A DNA stretch of 64,000 nt from Takakia lepidozioides. Lineage: Eukaryota > Plantae > Bryophyta. Below the pieces are notes generated by a model that was not told the DNA's origin, did not search any database, and worked only from the letters and a program-made list of their open reading frames with translations. The stretch is taken from the NCBI GenBank assembly GCA_030704615.1, contig CM060734.1, forward strand, positions 49,724,001 through 49,788,000, read 5' to 3'. The first letter of the stretch is position 1; every line of letters starts with the position of its first letter. This document shows positions 13,601-26,029 of this stretch, one piece after another. A program made the translations under genes and the position numbers.

Positions 13601-16095
13601 AAGGGTTTTTTCTTTGGACTAATTGTACTAAGAAGTTCACACTTCTCTATCATTTTTAATTGTAATTTCATATGATATGGTTGTGTCACTTGTATGAAAG
13701 GTCAAAAAATTAAGGCTCTACTTAGGGCTCTACTCACAATCCAAGTTCTGGATATAAGCCTTCTCTTTCGCCTCTCGGCAGACATTCGGTCTCTATTCTC
13801 ATGGTATCTCCAACACATTCTTCGTGTGATAGGCCTCATGGCAGCCTTTGGGCATGTAAGGGTTTCAATTTTTTTCCCTTCAATAAGTTTCAATAAAACT
13901 AACAAGGGCCAACATCCCCTTTCACCCAAAAAATAAATAAAAAAAAAAATCTCAACCTGTCATGTGAAAGTCAATTTTTCAAAGTTGTCTGTTAAAAAAA
14001 AAATTAAAAAAAAATTAAAAAAAACTGTCACAAAAAAGGTAGGGCTACCTGTCAAACCGAAAAAGAAAAGAAAAGAAAAAAAAAAAAAACACTGCTGGTC
14101 TTCAACCGTCGAACTGGAAAGGCGTGCCAATCAAATGAATGGTCATATGTAGACCTGCAGGGCATGCCATTTATACCTATGCATATGCATGCAAGCACAG
14201 GCTAGAGTGGCTCTTTATGACCATTCTTGTCCTCTACCTGTTATACAGAGTATGTGTAAGTTTACAGGTCATTGCCATCCTTCCTAGGGAAGAGTAGCTG
14301 GGGTTCATTTCACTGTTCCTGCTGAAGGGTTCCCAAAAGATCTCTCCTTCCATGGAATAGGTGTAAATTACCATGTGCGGTGGCTGTGGATGGGCACTCC
14401 GAAGATGTAAGTAGGTAGCACAGCCTTACATAACAGGTGGAGCCTGGAATACCATCTCATCCATTCATTCACTAGATGAATGCCTTGTACAAATACAGCA
14501 CAACTGTTTCCTCCCCAATACTAAATAGCTCCTCGACTGCATCCATTGAATGGCTAAGTGTGCCCGCACCTCAATCCTCACCCCAGACTGATAAACAGCA
14601 GTGAATTGAAATAATCCAGAGGCGGCTAGTAACAACAGCTAGAATCCATATCCTTAGCACCATTCCTCATCACACTGTCACCCCAATGACTAACCTGCTT
14701 CCATGCGATTTTCTGAGACTGTCATACCCACCTCCAGTAGGATTCTCTCTCTCTTTCACACAAACTCGCACAGGCTGGCATCCCTCATGCAGAACAGTGA
14801 GCTAACACCTCTGCTTGTTAAATAGCAATCAACAACCCCCAGACTGAAACAAGTAGACTGCCATCCTAGCTGGCAAACATATAGAAAGCAGCACAAAAGT
14901 AGGAAAACTAGGCTCTGCTGGCAGCCGCTGCCCAAATATCAGTCCGTCCTAGAGAGTCAGATCTACTATAGAGACGGCTGCAAAGAACAAGTATACCAAT
15001 AAAAAAGAGGCAATGCCACCTAAGCCAGTGAAATCTTCCAAAGCTTCATCTATGACATCTGCACCTGATCCGTCTGCCAGAAATGAAGCAGAGCTGGCGG
15101 TCGAGCTGGGTTCCTCCACTGAACCAATTGGCGAGTCATTTGCAACCATAGGCAAGCTGTTGTCTCTCTGTTTCCAGTGGATGGACTTACCTTCCTTTTT
15201 GCGTTACCTTATCCCATTGAACATTTTAGAATAGATATCTGCAGGGGTCATGGGATGATTCAGCAGGCAAATGGGGAAAATTCAAGTGAGAGCTCAAAAA
15301 TTGTAGTATTGTCAGTCTGATTGGCAGGTAGTGATGTAAATCTATAACTGCCGTATACAAGGTCCTGAAGAACTTTCAACATGCACATACTCATCGCATG
15401 GCATAGGCCCTCTATATGCCTAACATTGTCCTCAGAAGCCGAGTTCTTCGCAGGATTGTTCTTGAACTTATCTTCTGCTTTCGGCACCTTCTCGGCCTCG
15501 TCTTCGTTTATTGCATCACCGACTTTCTATTCGACCTCCGACGGACGGATTCTCTAAATCTCCAATATCTTCGGCTGCACCAGCGTCCCTTAAGGAAACA
15601 TGATCAATGATCCATTCCTTCTGGCAGCAACCGATCGCTTCAAAGACAGACTAGACGATCGATGGCAAGCCAGGCTCCAACATCTCTCTTCTTCAATATA
15701 CCCCTAAAATTATAGAGTGTGTTAACCCTAAACCTAGTTCATGGTCTTACTTCAAACAGATATCGCCATGAAATCGATGGTTGAGATTAACGAAGATTGT
15801 GAAGAGACTAAAACCCCAATAACAGAATTAGGGTGCGGCGTGTATTTAGGGCCTGAAGCTTCCAATATGCTACTTCCCACCGCTCACGTTAGCTATCCAG
15901 TCTCTGGCTGATTGCCTGTCTTGCGTCTTGAGGTCTCTGGGTGTGTCTAGCGATCCCTCATTGCCTACACGATGCTTAGCTCGCCCGCTACTATCTCTCG
16001 CACTCTCCCAATAAGCTCTGTGAATCTTTTTAAGATGTTCTTTAAATCCCAGCGACCCATAGAGATAGTGAAAGTACTCGTAAGGCATCGTTTGC

Positions 16096-16128
<33 letters not shown>

Positions 16129-17621
16129 CGTCTGCACGCTAGGTCGTGCATGGGCTACCAGCTGATAATAGACCTCGTACTGCGGAGGGTCCAGTCGATA
16201 CTTGTTTCTACTGCAGGCCGGAGTGTAGTTTCTTACATTCGCACAGTGTGACTGTTCTTGTGTTGTGTTATGTGCAGGAGAGAGAGTGATAGGTTCGTTT
16301 TAAGGCACTGCATGCCGAAGCCCTGTAGCCATACCCACTTCTAGGTTGGCTGACCAGGAGCAGACGTGGTAGTGAACAGTGAAGGAGACGAATAACATGA
16401 TGATTGTGCTAAATGTTGTTGCTTAAATGTGTTCTTCTCGTATGGTCAAGCCGTTATGGTAGTGTCTGTTCGGCTCGGAGATTCACCCCAGATGTTAACA
16501 GCTAGTGGCATTGTCAAATCTTACATGCGTGTGTCTGGTGTATTACAAAGCAAGAGATATGGCTTGATTGAGTCTATCAGTGTCCTATCAGTTGATGATG
16601 TACTGTCTTCCGCACAGGGCCTAAATGTAAGCATGTGCTGCTGCGAAGATGGTGAGAAAACCTTTTTGTCACGTTCTCTCCATATAAATCAGCAATAATT
16701 TATTAAGAGAGTAGGATCTGTTAAAGTCAGTGAGTGGTCTTTCATTTGATGACGGACTGTCTGCCGTTAGAGCTTAGATTTCCGCTCCTTTGAAGATGGT
16801 TAGACACCGTTTCGTTCATTCCTCCCAACAGATTTGGGAAAATACTGTGAGTGCGAGGCCCTTACTGAGTCTAGCAGTGATCTACCAGTCGATGGTGGAC
16901 TATCTGCCGCGTAGGGCCAAGATGAAAGTTTTCCTGCTTAGAAGATGGAGGGAAGTCGGTTGCTCACACTTCTTTCGATATAAAGCAGCGACATTTATCC
17001 TACAATTGCAAACACTGGTCTCAACGTTATGACCATAGCATCATTGCATTGCAACAGCTAACAAGGCTTCGTTGTGGTCTTAGATTGCAGTCACCACCTT
17101 CACACAGTTGAACACAGAAAGAGGGTATTTTACTGAAATGGTAGTGGGAGAAAGGTGAGCTCCATGTAGAGAGCGAGAAATGTCTCGGATTCGACCGTGT
17201 CTGCATGCACCTCTTCCCTCTTTCTCTCATACAGTTGTGGTAGCGGGGTGATGCCGCTTTTCCACGATACATGTCACGCCGGGATCCCTTCACATTGGGG
17301 TTCTCAGCTGTCACGGGGCCCCTTAAGGTGGAAATGCCATAATTTCTCTCACACATACAAAATTGCAGCCACCGGTGGCTTCAATGAAATAATACTTAGA
17401 AGAGTTCCCCAGTTTCAGGTCAGACCCCTCCACGTTGACAGCTCCACCAGTTCCTTGCAAACGCAACTCAAAGTCTCGAGTAAACTTGTATCTTTGTTCA
17501 GCGTACGAAGAGGGATCTAAGAAGCACCAGCAGTGTGTTCATGGGTCTGGCTCCCTATGCTCCCACGAAACTAGCTGCACATTCGTAGGATACGTCAACT
17601 GTTACTGCCACTACTCCAGCA

Positions 17622-17820
17622 CCTCTACATCCTTACCGCATCATACACTTCAAAGCTAACGCCTCTACATTCTTACCGCATCATATACTTCAAACCTAAG
17701 TGCAACGAAGTGATCCTCTACATTCTTACTGCATCATACACTTCAAAGCTAAGTGCAACGAAGTGATCCCCTACATTCTTACCGCATCGTAGACTTCAAA
17801 GCTAAGTGCAACGAAGCGAT
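17622..17820. repeat. Tandem repeat, ~53-bp unit x4 (first unit truncated)
   Basis: CCTCTACATTCTTACCGCATCATACACTTCAAAGCTAAGTGCAACGAAGTGAT repeated at ~17622, 17662, 17716 and 17768. Confidence 0.9.
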
Positions 17821-18192
17821 GTTTCCCACGAAAAGGTAAAGAAGAGAATCAGAAAGACACAGAGATCGCAAGGCTCCTGGCTGGAAGTGAAGCTTTGATT
17901 TGAGGAGGTAGACAGCGAGCGTGACGCTCCTGAAGCACCGCGTAGAAGAAGGTGGGGAGCCGGTGGAGATGAATGATTGTGTTTGTGCGGGCAATAATGT
18001 GGGCTTTTCATCCGTCTTCATGTCTGAAGTCTGAACTCATCCACCGTCTGCCTTCAGCCTTCTGTCGCTTGCCTTCTCCCAGCGAAGAAGAGTTCGGATT
18101 GCGAGAAGATCCAGTGTAGAGGCTGCTTGTGTGAAGAATCTGTGAGGTTTTCTCGTCTTTTGTGCACATCTTCATTTCGGTCGAGACACAGA

Positions 18193-18576
18193 ATGGTGCG
18201 TGGTGGGGCGAGTAGCGGTGGGGGAGAAAGTTCCTTGGGATATTTGTTTGGAGGGGATCCTCCACACGCCAAGGCTCCGGCAAGGGCTACTCCACAAGTT
18301 GGGTCCCAGCAGCCTGCTGCTGAACGGCGCCCTGCTGGTCTTAGAAGTGCTCCGGCGGAGGAGAAGGCTCCAGTGGCGGCGGCAGCAGCAGGTAAGGTGG
18401 AAGATTGTGGGACGTCTTTGGACATGGGGCAAGCCAGATTGGGAAGGAATTCCAACAACTACCACCGTGCCGATGGGCAGAATACAGGCAACTTCATCAC
18501 TGATCGGCCCTCAACGAAGGTGCATGCTGCCCCCGGTGGAGGGTCATCTTTGGGATATCTTTTCGGTGGAAAATAG
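18193..18576 (+). CDS. SPR1: SPIRAL1-like microtubule-associated protein, 127 aa
   Basis: MVRGGASSGGGESSLGYLFGG at the N-terminus and NNYHRADGQNTGNFITDRPSTKVHAAPGGGSSLGYLFGGK* at the C-terminus are the hallmark SPR1 motifs. Single uninterrupted ORF from ATG 18193. Confidence 0.92.
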   Translation: MVRGGASSGGGESSLGYLFGGDPPHAKAPARATPQVGSQQPAAERRPAGLRSAPAEEKAPVAAAAAGKVEDCGTSLDMGQARLGRNSNNYHRADGQNTGNFITDRPSTKVHAAPGGGSSLGYLFGGK

Positions 18577-19267
18577 ACCTTCACGATATGAAGATCGCAG
18601 TCGTGGTGCCTCACGAACCTCCTCTGGTCCGAGAGGGAGAAGGTAGATCTGTATGACCTGCACCTTGACATCAAGTGTCGTTGAAGGAGGCCCAAGCTTT
18701 ATAAGTTGGATGACAATGTCTCGACCTACTGCTTTTATCAAGGAGCTTCATTCTTTGTCTTTGTCTTTGTCTTTGAAAGCCTCGACGTGTTCTTATGCCA
18801 GAACAAGAACCGAGGTTTCAGGTCTCTGCTGGAGGTGAATAGATTTATGTGCATTGTATTTTCAGGATGTTTTTGAATGAAACATTGACCATTGGTGAAT
18901 AACAATCTTACAGTGAATCAAATTGCTCGAGATTTATCCACGGATATCTCAACATTGTACATTTCCACCGTACGAGTCTTTCTTGATTCTGTTGTTGTAT
19001 CCTAACCCCTAGGAGTCTCTTTCTTATTATGGGCCTTTGAAGAGGCCATTTCAACTTCAAGCAAACGGTCGGCACTCATCGATACCATCAGTTCGGAGCA
19101 AATGCGTATACGGGCAAGCACGGTACACGATATGGCTGTCCTAAAGTGAAAATTAAGTTGTCACTGGAAAAAGACATATCTCTGTACTCTCCCTGCACAG
19201 ATAACGCAACAGAACCCAGACAAGCGGCCTCGCTCTCTCTCTCTCTCTCTCTCTTTCCATCGCATAC

Positions 19268-19530
19268 CAACTTTGAAAATCTCTAGGCTGAGCCAAAAAG
19301 CCCAGGCCCTTTTGGGGTGTAGTTATTGGCAAATCACGCACAACAGATTGATGTTTATGTGAAAGGATTTCTAGAGGATATCTGGAAAACTCATGCATGT
19401 TTCAAGAAAGTCATACAACAGGCGTCAGCCCCTGACAAAGGTAGTGACAAAGGTAGTTTCTGTCCCTTTGTGTTCCGCTCAAACGGGTCAATGGCCACAA
19501 GGCTATGGCAAACAATGTCTTATGAGTACA
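19268..19530 (+). mobile_element. LINE 3-prime end fragment
   Basis: Homologous to 59800-60075 (..WANHAQQIDVYVKGFLEDIWKT..); flanked by CT-rich tracts. Confidence 0.75.
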
Positions 19531-20999
19531 TTCTCTCTCTTTCCCTCGCTCTACTGAATTGAATGCATGTACAAGAAGGTGGTTGGTTTTGGAATGGTGG
19601 GTAATTTGTGCTGTAGCTGATGTAAGTTTTAGAGGAATGAAAAGAACAAGAGATTGTTCAGACCGGCTCTTGTTTCCAATACGAATGAGTGCAGTTTGTT
19701 TCTGGATGGATTATTTGAACAAAATCGGCACTCAGTCTCCCCGGATGCATGTTTTCTGCACTGAAGCACATGTGAGTATTAGGGCCTGTAGCTTAGTCCA
19801 ACTTCCAAACCATCTCATTGCTTTTGTCCTCTGCACTTTTTGGTGGGGTATGTTTGCAGCTTTACTGTGCCATACTTTGCAGAGAGTGTTGGGTCTTTGG
19901 TTGCACCCTTTCTGGGGTTAGGACACCCCCATGCATCCAATTTGAATGATTGAACTGGTAATGACCTGTCTTGAGGTATCTCAAGATATTCTTCCACCTT
20001 CACTTCACTATTAGTGTAGATCCTTTACTTATGTCCTCCTGCTTTGTTTGGCTCACTTTCTTGTCTACTGACACACCCCAGGGAACAGAAAGAGATTGGC
20101 AATGGTAGGCCTCTTGTTTTATAGGAAAATCACTAACAAGTCACTCCTGCATGTTCATTTCTTCACAGTCTGGATACAAATGTTTTTCTCTCTTATGTGC
20201 CCATTTTGTTGTGGAAGAGAGCAAAACCAAGATAGCAGGAAAAATAAGTTATGGTTGGGTGATAGAAGAGAAAGAATTTACTCATAAGAAGTTTGCCGCA
20301 GCCTTACCCCAGACTCAGTCTGGATGGAACAAATGGGCACATACTACCTTTGTGAGGGGCTTATTCCTGTAGTGATGATGTAGACAATTTGTTCGGGCTT
20401 TCCAGATTTGTTGTCCCCCTTGCACTGAGAATAGAGGTGGACTGGTACTCCAACCTATAGATGCAACTCCATTGTAGAACAACCAACTCAGAGGATCAAA
20501 TCACACCAATGTGCTTCTTGTCAACAAAAGAATAAATACCTACAGTGCAATAGCCTTTGTGACTCGAAGATTGGGAAGCCATGCCCTCACCTCCATTCTT
20601 CTCCAGAGACCAGATATACGATGCTAGATGTCTAGTTTGGTGATAGAAGAAAGGGACTTTACTCATAAGTCGTTGTTTGTCGTAGCCTAGTGACCATGTA
20701 CACAACAAAGGAAAAACAAAATTATATTGCAGGTAGACTTCCAAAGAGATTGAACTCTCCTCTTCATCTGAAAGCCCCTTCTCTGTGACCTGATTCTAAG
20801 GAAAGGTTGGTCCAAGTACACCTCTCAAACATGATATTGTTGCCCCCATGCTGCCCACCCCCTTTCTCATCAGCTACCTTGGCATGTGGACAAACCCAAA
20901 GAAGCATTCCATCACACCAACACAGGACAGCTTCTGCTCTCACAGTATGTGGCTCATTCAAGGAAGCCTGGGGTATTACGTCTCTCACCAGAAATCATC

Positions 21000-21290
21000 A
21001 AGGGAACTGTTCCTGTGCATCAACTTTACCAACTTTGAAAATCTCGAGGCTGAGCCAAATGCCCAGGCCCTTTTGGGTTCTAGTTATTGGGCAAATCACA
21101 CACAGTAGATTGATGTTTGTGGGAAGGGATTTCTAGAGGATATCTGGAAAACTCGGATCAATTGTATGTTTCAAGTTAAGTCATACTACCAGCGTCATCC
21201 CCTGACAAAGGTAGTTTCTGTCCCTTGTTGTTCCGCTCAAACTGGGCAGGGGGTCAATGGCCGCAAGGCTACGGCAAACAACGTCTCTCT
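21000..21290 (+). mobile_element. LINE 3-prime end fragment
   Basis: Homologous to 59780-60070 (FTNFENLEAEP..YWANHTQ..GVNGRKATANNV); ends in (CT)n. Confidence 0.75.
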
Positions 21291-21620
21291 CTCTCACAGT
21301 ATGTTAAGGCCACCCAACTTACTCCTAGGGTTCTTGTCTGAACTGTCCTTACAAACTCATTCAGCCACTAATAGCTCGAAAAAACCTGTTCACACTTTTG
21401 GCCGCTTATTGGCCTCTAGATTCTAACAACACCTAGGTGTTATGATTGATACAAAGACAGGAGACTTCCATTTTCCAAAGGATGGAGAATTGACATAGTC
21501 AAGGGGAAGCTTAAACCCACCTGGATTGAAGACCCACAATTGGAAGACTTAAGGTTGCAGGATGAGAGTCATGCAACAACTTTTGACGAAACCATCTTGA
21601 GGGGGTTCAGTCAAAGTCAG

Positions 21621-22137
21621 TCATAGATGTCCGCAATTGTCTCTTGAGGTGCAGAAAAGATCTTGTCCGCCACAGAAACTCTCCCAAGAATCCACGGCTC
21701 TCTCAATTTCATTTCTTGCATTGCCAGAGCGAGACTGAAGGTCTTGGAGTGAGTGGACAAAATGAGGGAGAGCCTCTTGCAAGGCCTGGACATACTCAGC
21801 CTTGACCTCTTCATTTGCATTTTCTATGCGCCACTTCCGAATCGAACGTTTCACAGATCTCTTGGTGTTGGGAAAACACCTTTTGATCTCAGTCCAAACC
21901 AGGAAGTTGTCAGAGGTACCAATATCAGTTCTGTCTATCAACACACTGGCACTCTGGTGAAGCAAATTTTTGTCAATGATGATATAATCCACAATGGAAC
22001 GTTCCCCAGTTTGGGCTTTCTCACGAGTCCACTGCACTTGGTCTCCTCTTAACCTATTATTGAAGGTCAAAAGCTGAAGTTCTTCCAGACAGTTTATTAA
22101 CCGTCTCCCATTAGAATTCAGCTCGTCCTCACCAAAA
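21621..22137 (-). mobile_element. LINE apurinic-endonuclease domain fragment
   Basis: NSNGRRLINCLEELQLLTFNN..WTR..SIVDYIII..SDNFLVW are typical APE motifs (S.IDY, SDH). The fragment abuts a (GA)n tract at 22140-22160. Confidence 0.8.
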
Positions 22138-23559
22138 GGGGAGAGAGAGAGAGAGAGAGAGGTTCGCTGGGGGATACGAGATACTCCAGCTGGACTTGTC
22201 ATGGCACCGCCACAGCCCACAGATATGCACATTGTATTCCTCGTCTCTAGACTGGCCGCACAGTGTGTCACACTTTTACCGAAAATAGGCAGATAGAAAA
22301 ACAGAAGAGAAGAGATACGACTGTTGAATTACTTCGACCTTCAACACATACCGTTGCCTTTCGGACATTTAACCTCACATGCTATATAATACCTCCCGAT
22401 TCGTTGACAGTCTCATATGGAACTTTAACGGCTTTCTCAAAGCCAACGATATCACGTCAGGAGAGTTTTTTCTCCACTAGCCTCAAAGAAGGCTAATTCC
22501 GCCAAAAGGACTAAGGCCGTTCCAGACTAGCGACCATCGGGGAAGGCTACCCTTCAAATCTCGTGGTTTTTGATGACGTGGCCCCCCAAAGCTTGCCGGA
22601 AAGTCTGGCCGGATTTAGGCCAAATGGCCTAGTTGGTTTGGACTCAAAAATTGAGTAAAAACCACATCCAAGGTTGAGATCTGCTTGTAATCAGGAATTT
22701 TTTTTCCCAGCTTCTACTCACTGCTACAATGCAGCTACCAACCGGAGGGAATCTGATTCCTCCCAAAATTTCATAGCATATGGTGGCATTTCTCCCCACA
22801 GTGTACATGGATGTGAAATCCCCCCCGCCCCCCATTTTCACATACAAAGCAACCCCTATAGAATCCAGGATTTTTGATCTGGAAATTGGAGACAAACCCA
22901 AGAAGGTGCCCAGGAATGTGAATCTGCCCTCAGTTTTCAGATGAAAAATCCAGATGGTCCTCAAAAATCATGGTCAAACCTGCATTTTCAAAAAACATTG
23001 AGTGGGCTTCAAAAATTCACAATAGTAATTTGTTATAATCTACCGATTCCAACGGTGGATCTTCCTGATTTTTTGGGGGTAGATGAATGTGGTAGTGAAA
23101 AACGTATTTGTAAGGTTCAAATTTCTGGATGATTCAGGGTAGCAAGATACAGCTCAAAACAGGAAGGTATGCCCATTTTTGGGGGTGGCCCACCAAAAAA
23201 GGTCTCGTCTTTAAGGGTTAATTCGGGACTAGGGCGACGGGCTCCATTTCTCCAATCAGAGACTTGAGAGCCAATCTATATTCCATTTAGAAGACCTTTC
23301 AGTTCCGCCTAGGATTGTTTTTTACAGAGCCTTTGTATTAGTTCGTGTGCAACTTCACTTGCCACTGCCCAATATCACAGTCGAGTTTACAAAGGAGCTA
23401 TGGCAAGATATATACTAAGTTTGTCACCACTTGTACCCCAGGGAGGCATCTGGGTAAGAGATACAACTTGTTAGTAATTTTATTGATTGAATCTTCATAT
23501 CAAGCACAATGTTCACATACCACGCCATTGGAATGAATCATGTTTTGGATGTGACAAGG

Positions 23560-25284
23560 GCAGTAAAATATTATAATAGCATGAAACATTCGGAAGAGAT
23601 ACTAGGGTAGTACAATAAGGTTTGGGGTGTAACTAGAGAGAAATGTAATAAGGTTGGGGTTTACAGTAAAGGTAAGGGTTTAGGATACAAAAGGAGAAAC
23701 AAATATGATGGACTCACACTCAGTAGAATTAAGAAATGGTTGAGGAATTTGATATTCCTGTAATCATTCTATCATACCTTATCCAACAAAAGAAAATATT
23801 AAAAGAGCTTGAAACATTGAGAAGAGGTAACATGGTAGTACAATAAGGTTTGGAGTGTAACTAGGGTAGTACACTAAAATTATTGGTTTATGGTAAGATT
23901 AATGGCTTAGGGGTGATGGTAAAGGTAGGGTTTTCGGTTTGGGTTTAAGAACACTATTGGACAAACAATATGGAAGACTCACAGTCGCTAGAACTTCGTG
24001 GTGTTAGTAGGATAAAAATAAAATAAAAATGGAGAGAAACAAAATTATGGAAGAGTCATTGGGCCGGAGAAGTATTTAGATTGAGGATTTGTCCTTGGAA
24101 CTTGGTATTAAGATACACATGGTTATGGTATGGATACTTCATTCCCATTTGCAGGGGGAGAGTAAGGGTTTAGACGTAACAATGGCGTAGGGTTTTGTTT
24201 AGGGTTCCTGACGGGGTTAGGGGTTGGGTGAAGGAAGAAATGGTGAGCATACATGCCGGAAGACTCGCACTCGTTACAACTTAGTGCTGTTAGTAAGGTA
24301 GTAAGCAAAATAAAAATGAAGAACCTAATATTATGGAAGTATAGTCATTGCATCGAACAAGTATTTAAATGAAAGACTCGTCCTTGGAACCTGGTATTAA
24401 GATACATAGAAAGCAAAGTTCGATAAAAACGGTAAGTGCATGTCAATCCAAACCAAAGGCAAAACCTTGCGCAAAGTGAAGGGCGAAGAGATTTGAATAA
24501 CCATAAATAATTATGGTTATAGTATGGATACTTCATTCCCAGTTGCAGGGGAAGGGTAAGAGTTTGGACGTAACAATGGCGTACAGTTTTCCTTAGGGTT
24601 TTCGACAAGGATTTAGGGCTTGGGTTGAAGGCAGAAATGGTGAGCATACATGTCGGAAGACTCGCACTCGCTACAACTTAGTGTGTGTTAGTAGGGTACA
24701 AAATGGAAAATTGGATACATTGAAGAGATTTGGATAACCAAAATGGTTATGGTTATAGTATGAATAGTTCATTCCCATTTGCAAATGGAAGAGAAAGGGT
24801 TCTGGGGTATTGGGTTAAGGGTAAATGTTTAGGGTTTTCTAGTAAGGGTTTTAGGGTTAGGGTTTAGGGTTTTTGTTTAAGTTACAAAATAGACAAACAC
24901 TTATGGAAAACTCCAGACTTTGCTAGAACTTAGTGTTGTTAGTAGGGTACTAGTAAAAAAAAAAAAAATGAAGAACCTAATATTATGGACAAGTATTTAA
25001 ATAAAAGACTCGTCGTTGGAAGCTGGACCTAGTATTAAGATGTAACATAGAACGCAAACTGTAACATGCCTAAATGTATGTCAATCCAAAACAAAGGAAA
25101 AAGCTAGCGCAAATGTGAAGGGAGAAGACATTTCAATAACCATAATGGTTATGGCTATGGTTATGGTATGAATAGTTCATGGGCCATTTGCAGAAAAGGG
25201 TAAGGGGGTTAGGGGTAATGCTAACATAAAAAGCAAGGTACTATAAAAAATGTATGTCAATCCTAAATCCTAAATTACCAAAAC

Positions 25285-25332
<48 letters not shown>
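23560..25332. repeat. Degenerate ~250-400-bp tandem repeats rich in telomere-like TTTAGGG/TTAGGG motifs, ending in a 47-nt poly(A)
   Basis: The GAAGACTC..ACTCG.TA.AACTT.GTG.TGTTAGTA block recurs at ~23973, 24260, 24656 and 24906. TTTAGGG cluster at 24828-24872; A-run at 25286-25332. Confidence 0.65.
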
Positions 25333-25334
<2 letters not shown>

Positions 25335-26029
25335 ATGAGATTTGGAAAGAAAATGGCGTTATATAGCGACTTTTGGGAAGCGCCTGGATCTCATGGGAGA
25401 AAATGGATCTGAAGAAAACATGAGAGAGGATAAAAAGTCAGACTACCAAATAAAAACAAAAGGAAATGAAAATTGATTAAAATTTGAAAAATGGAAAATG
25501 ACATGTGAAATTCCCTCTTAAACCAGGGCCAAAGATGAGAAGTATGAAAGAAATGAAATGAAAATTTGGTGCAGAAAAGTCGTAGAGCTTAGAGAGAAAA
25601 TGGAGGAAAACCTCAGAGAAAAAACTTCAGGACTGGCAAATTGAAAAGTATGTCAACCACGACTCCTAGTGGGAGACTTCAGTGGGAGAATTGTTTATGC
25701 GAAAAGCGAGTCCAATGTTTCAGAAAAAGACTGGAAATGGGCTATTTTCTTCCGTTGTTAAAAACCTCTTTGACCGAATTTGAAGACTCCAGTGGTCATG
25801 CCCGCCCATTTTGTTCTTGTGATCTATATGTTATGTAGGCGAAACACCCCCATAGGGTTTTCTTTGTTGACTAGGACGCACAGCAGGTCAGAATCCAGCA
25901 AACCAGAAACAAAGGACGAGAACGTCCACTGGACATTCGAGGTTCAGTGCGACATAAGAAGATAACAAAAATGATCCCCCAACGCAAACAAGAAGGCCAA
26001 TATAGAGAAGAAAAAATTTATTTCTTAAA

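Larger units (their letters stand above)
11329..14094 (+). mobile_element. hAT DNA transposon, internally deleted (2766 bp)
   Basis: Perfect 8-bp TSD CTGGTCTT at 11321-11328 and 14095-14102. Termini CAAGGCTG...AACACTG (imperfect TIR). Subterminal CTGTCA and GTTCGG motifs; contains transposase remnants. Confidence 0.8.

Noticed and set aside
17622-17820. Repeat array as CRISPR
   Set aside because: No unique spacers and a eukaryotic context; it is a simple tandem repeat.
21330-21600. Possible DIRS-type RT remnant (QHLGVMIDTK); similar hints at 14150-14900 and 19780-20750
   Set aside because: Too degenerate to support without a profile search.
22719-23097. CACTGCTACAAT ... ATGTGGTAGTG as CACTA termini
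   Set aside because: Only 9 of 12 bases are complementary and there is no matching 3-bp TSD. The true CACTA ends could not be located.
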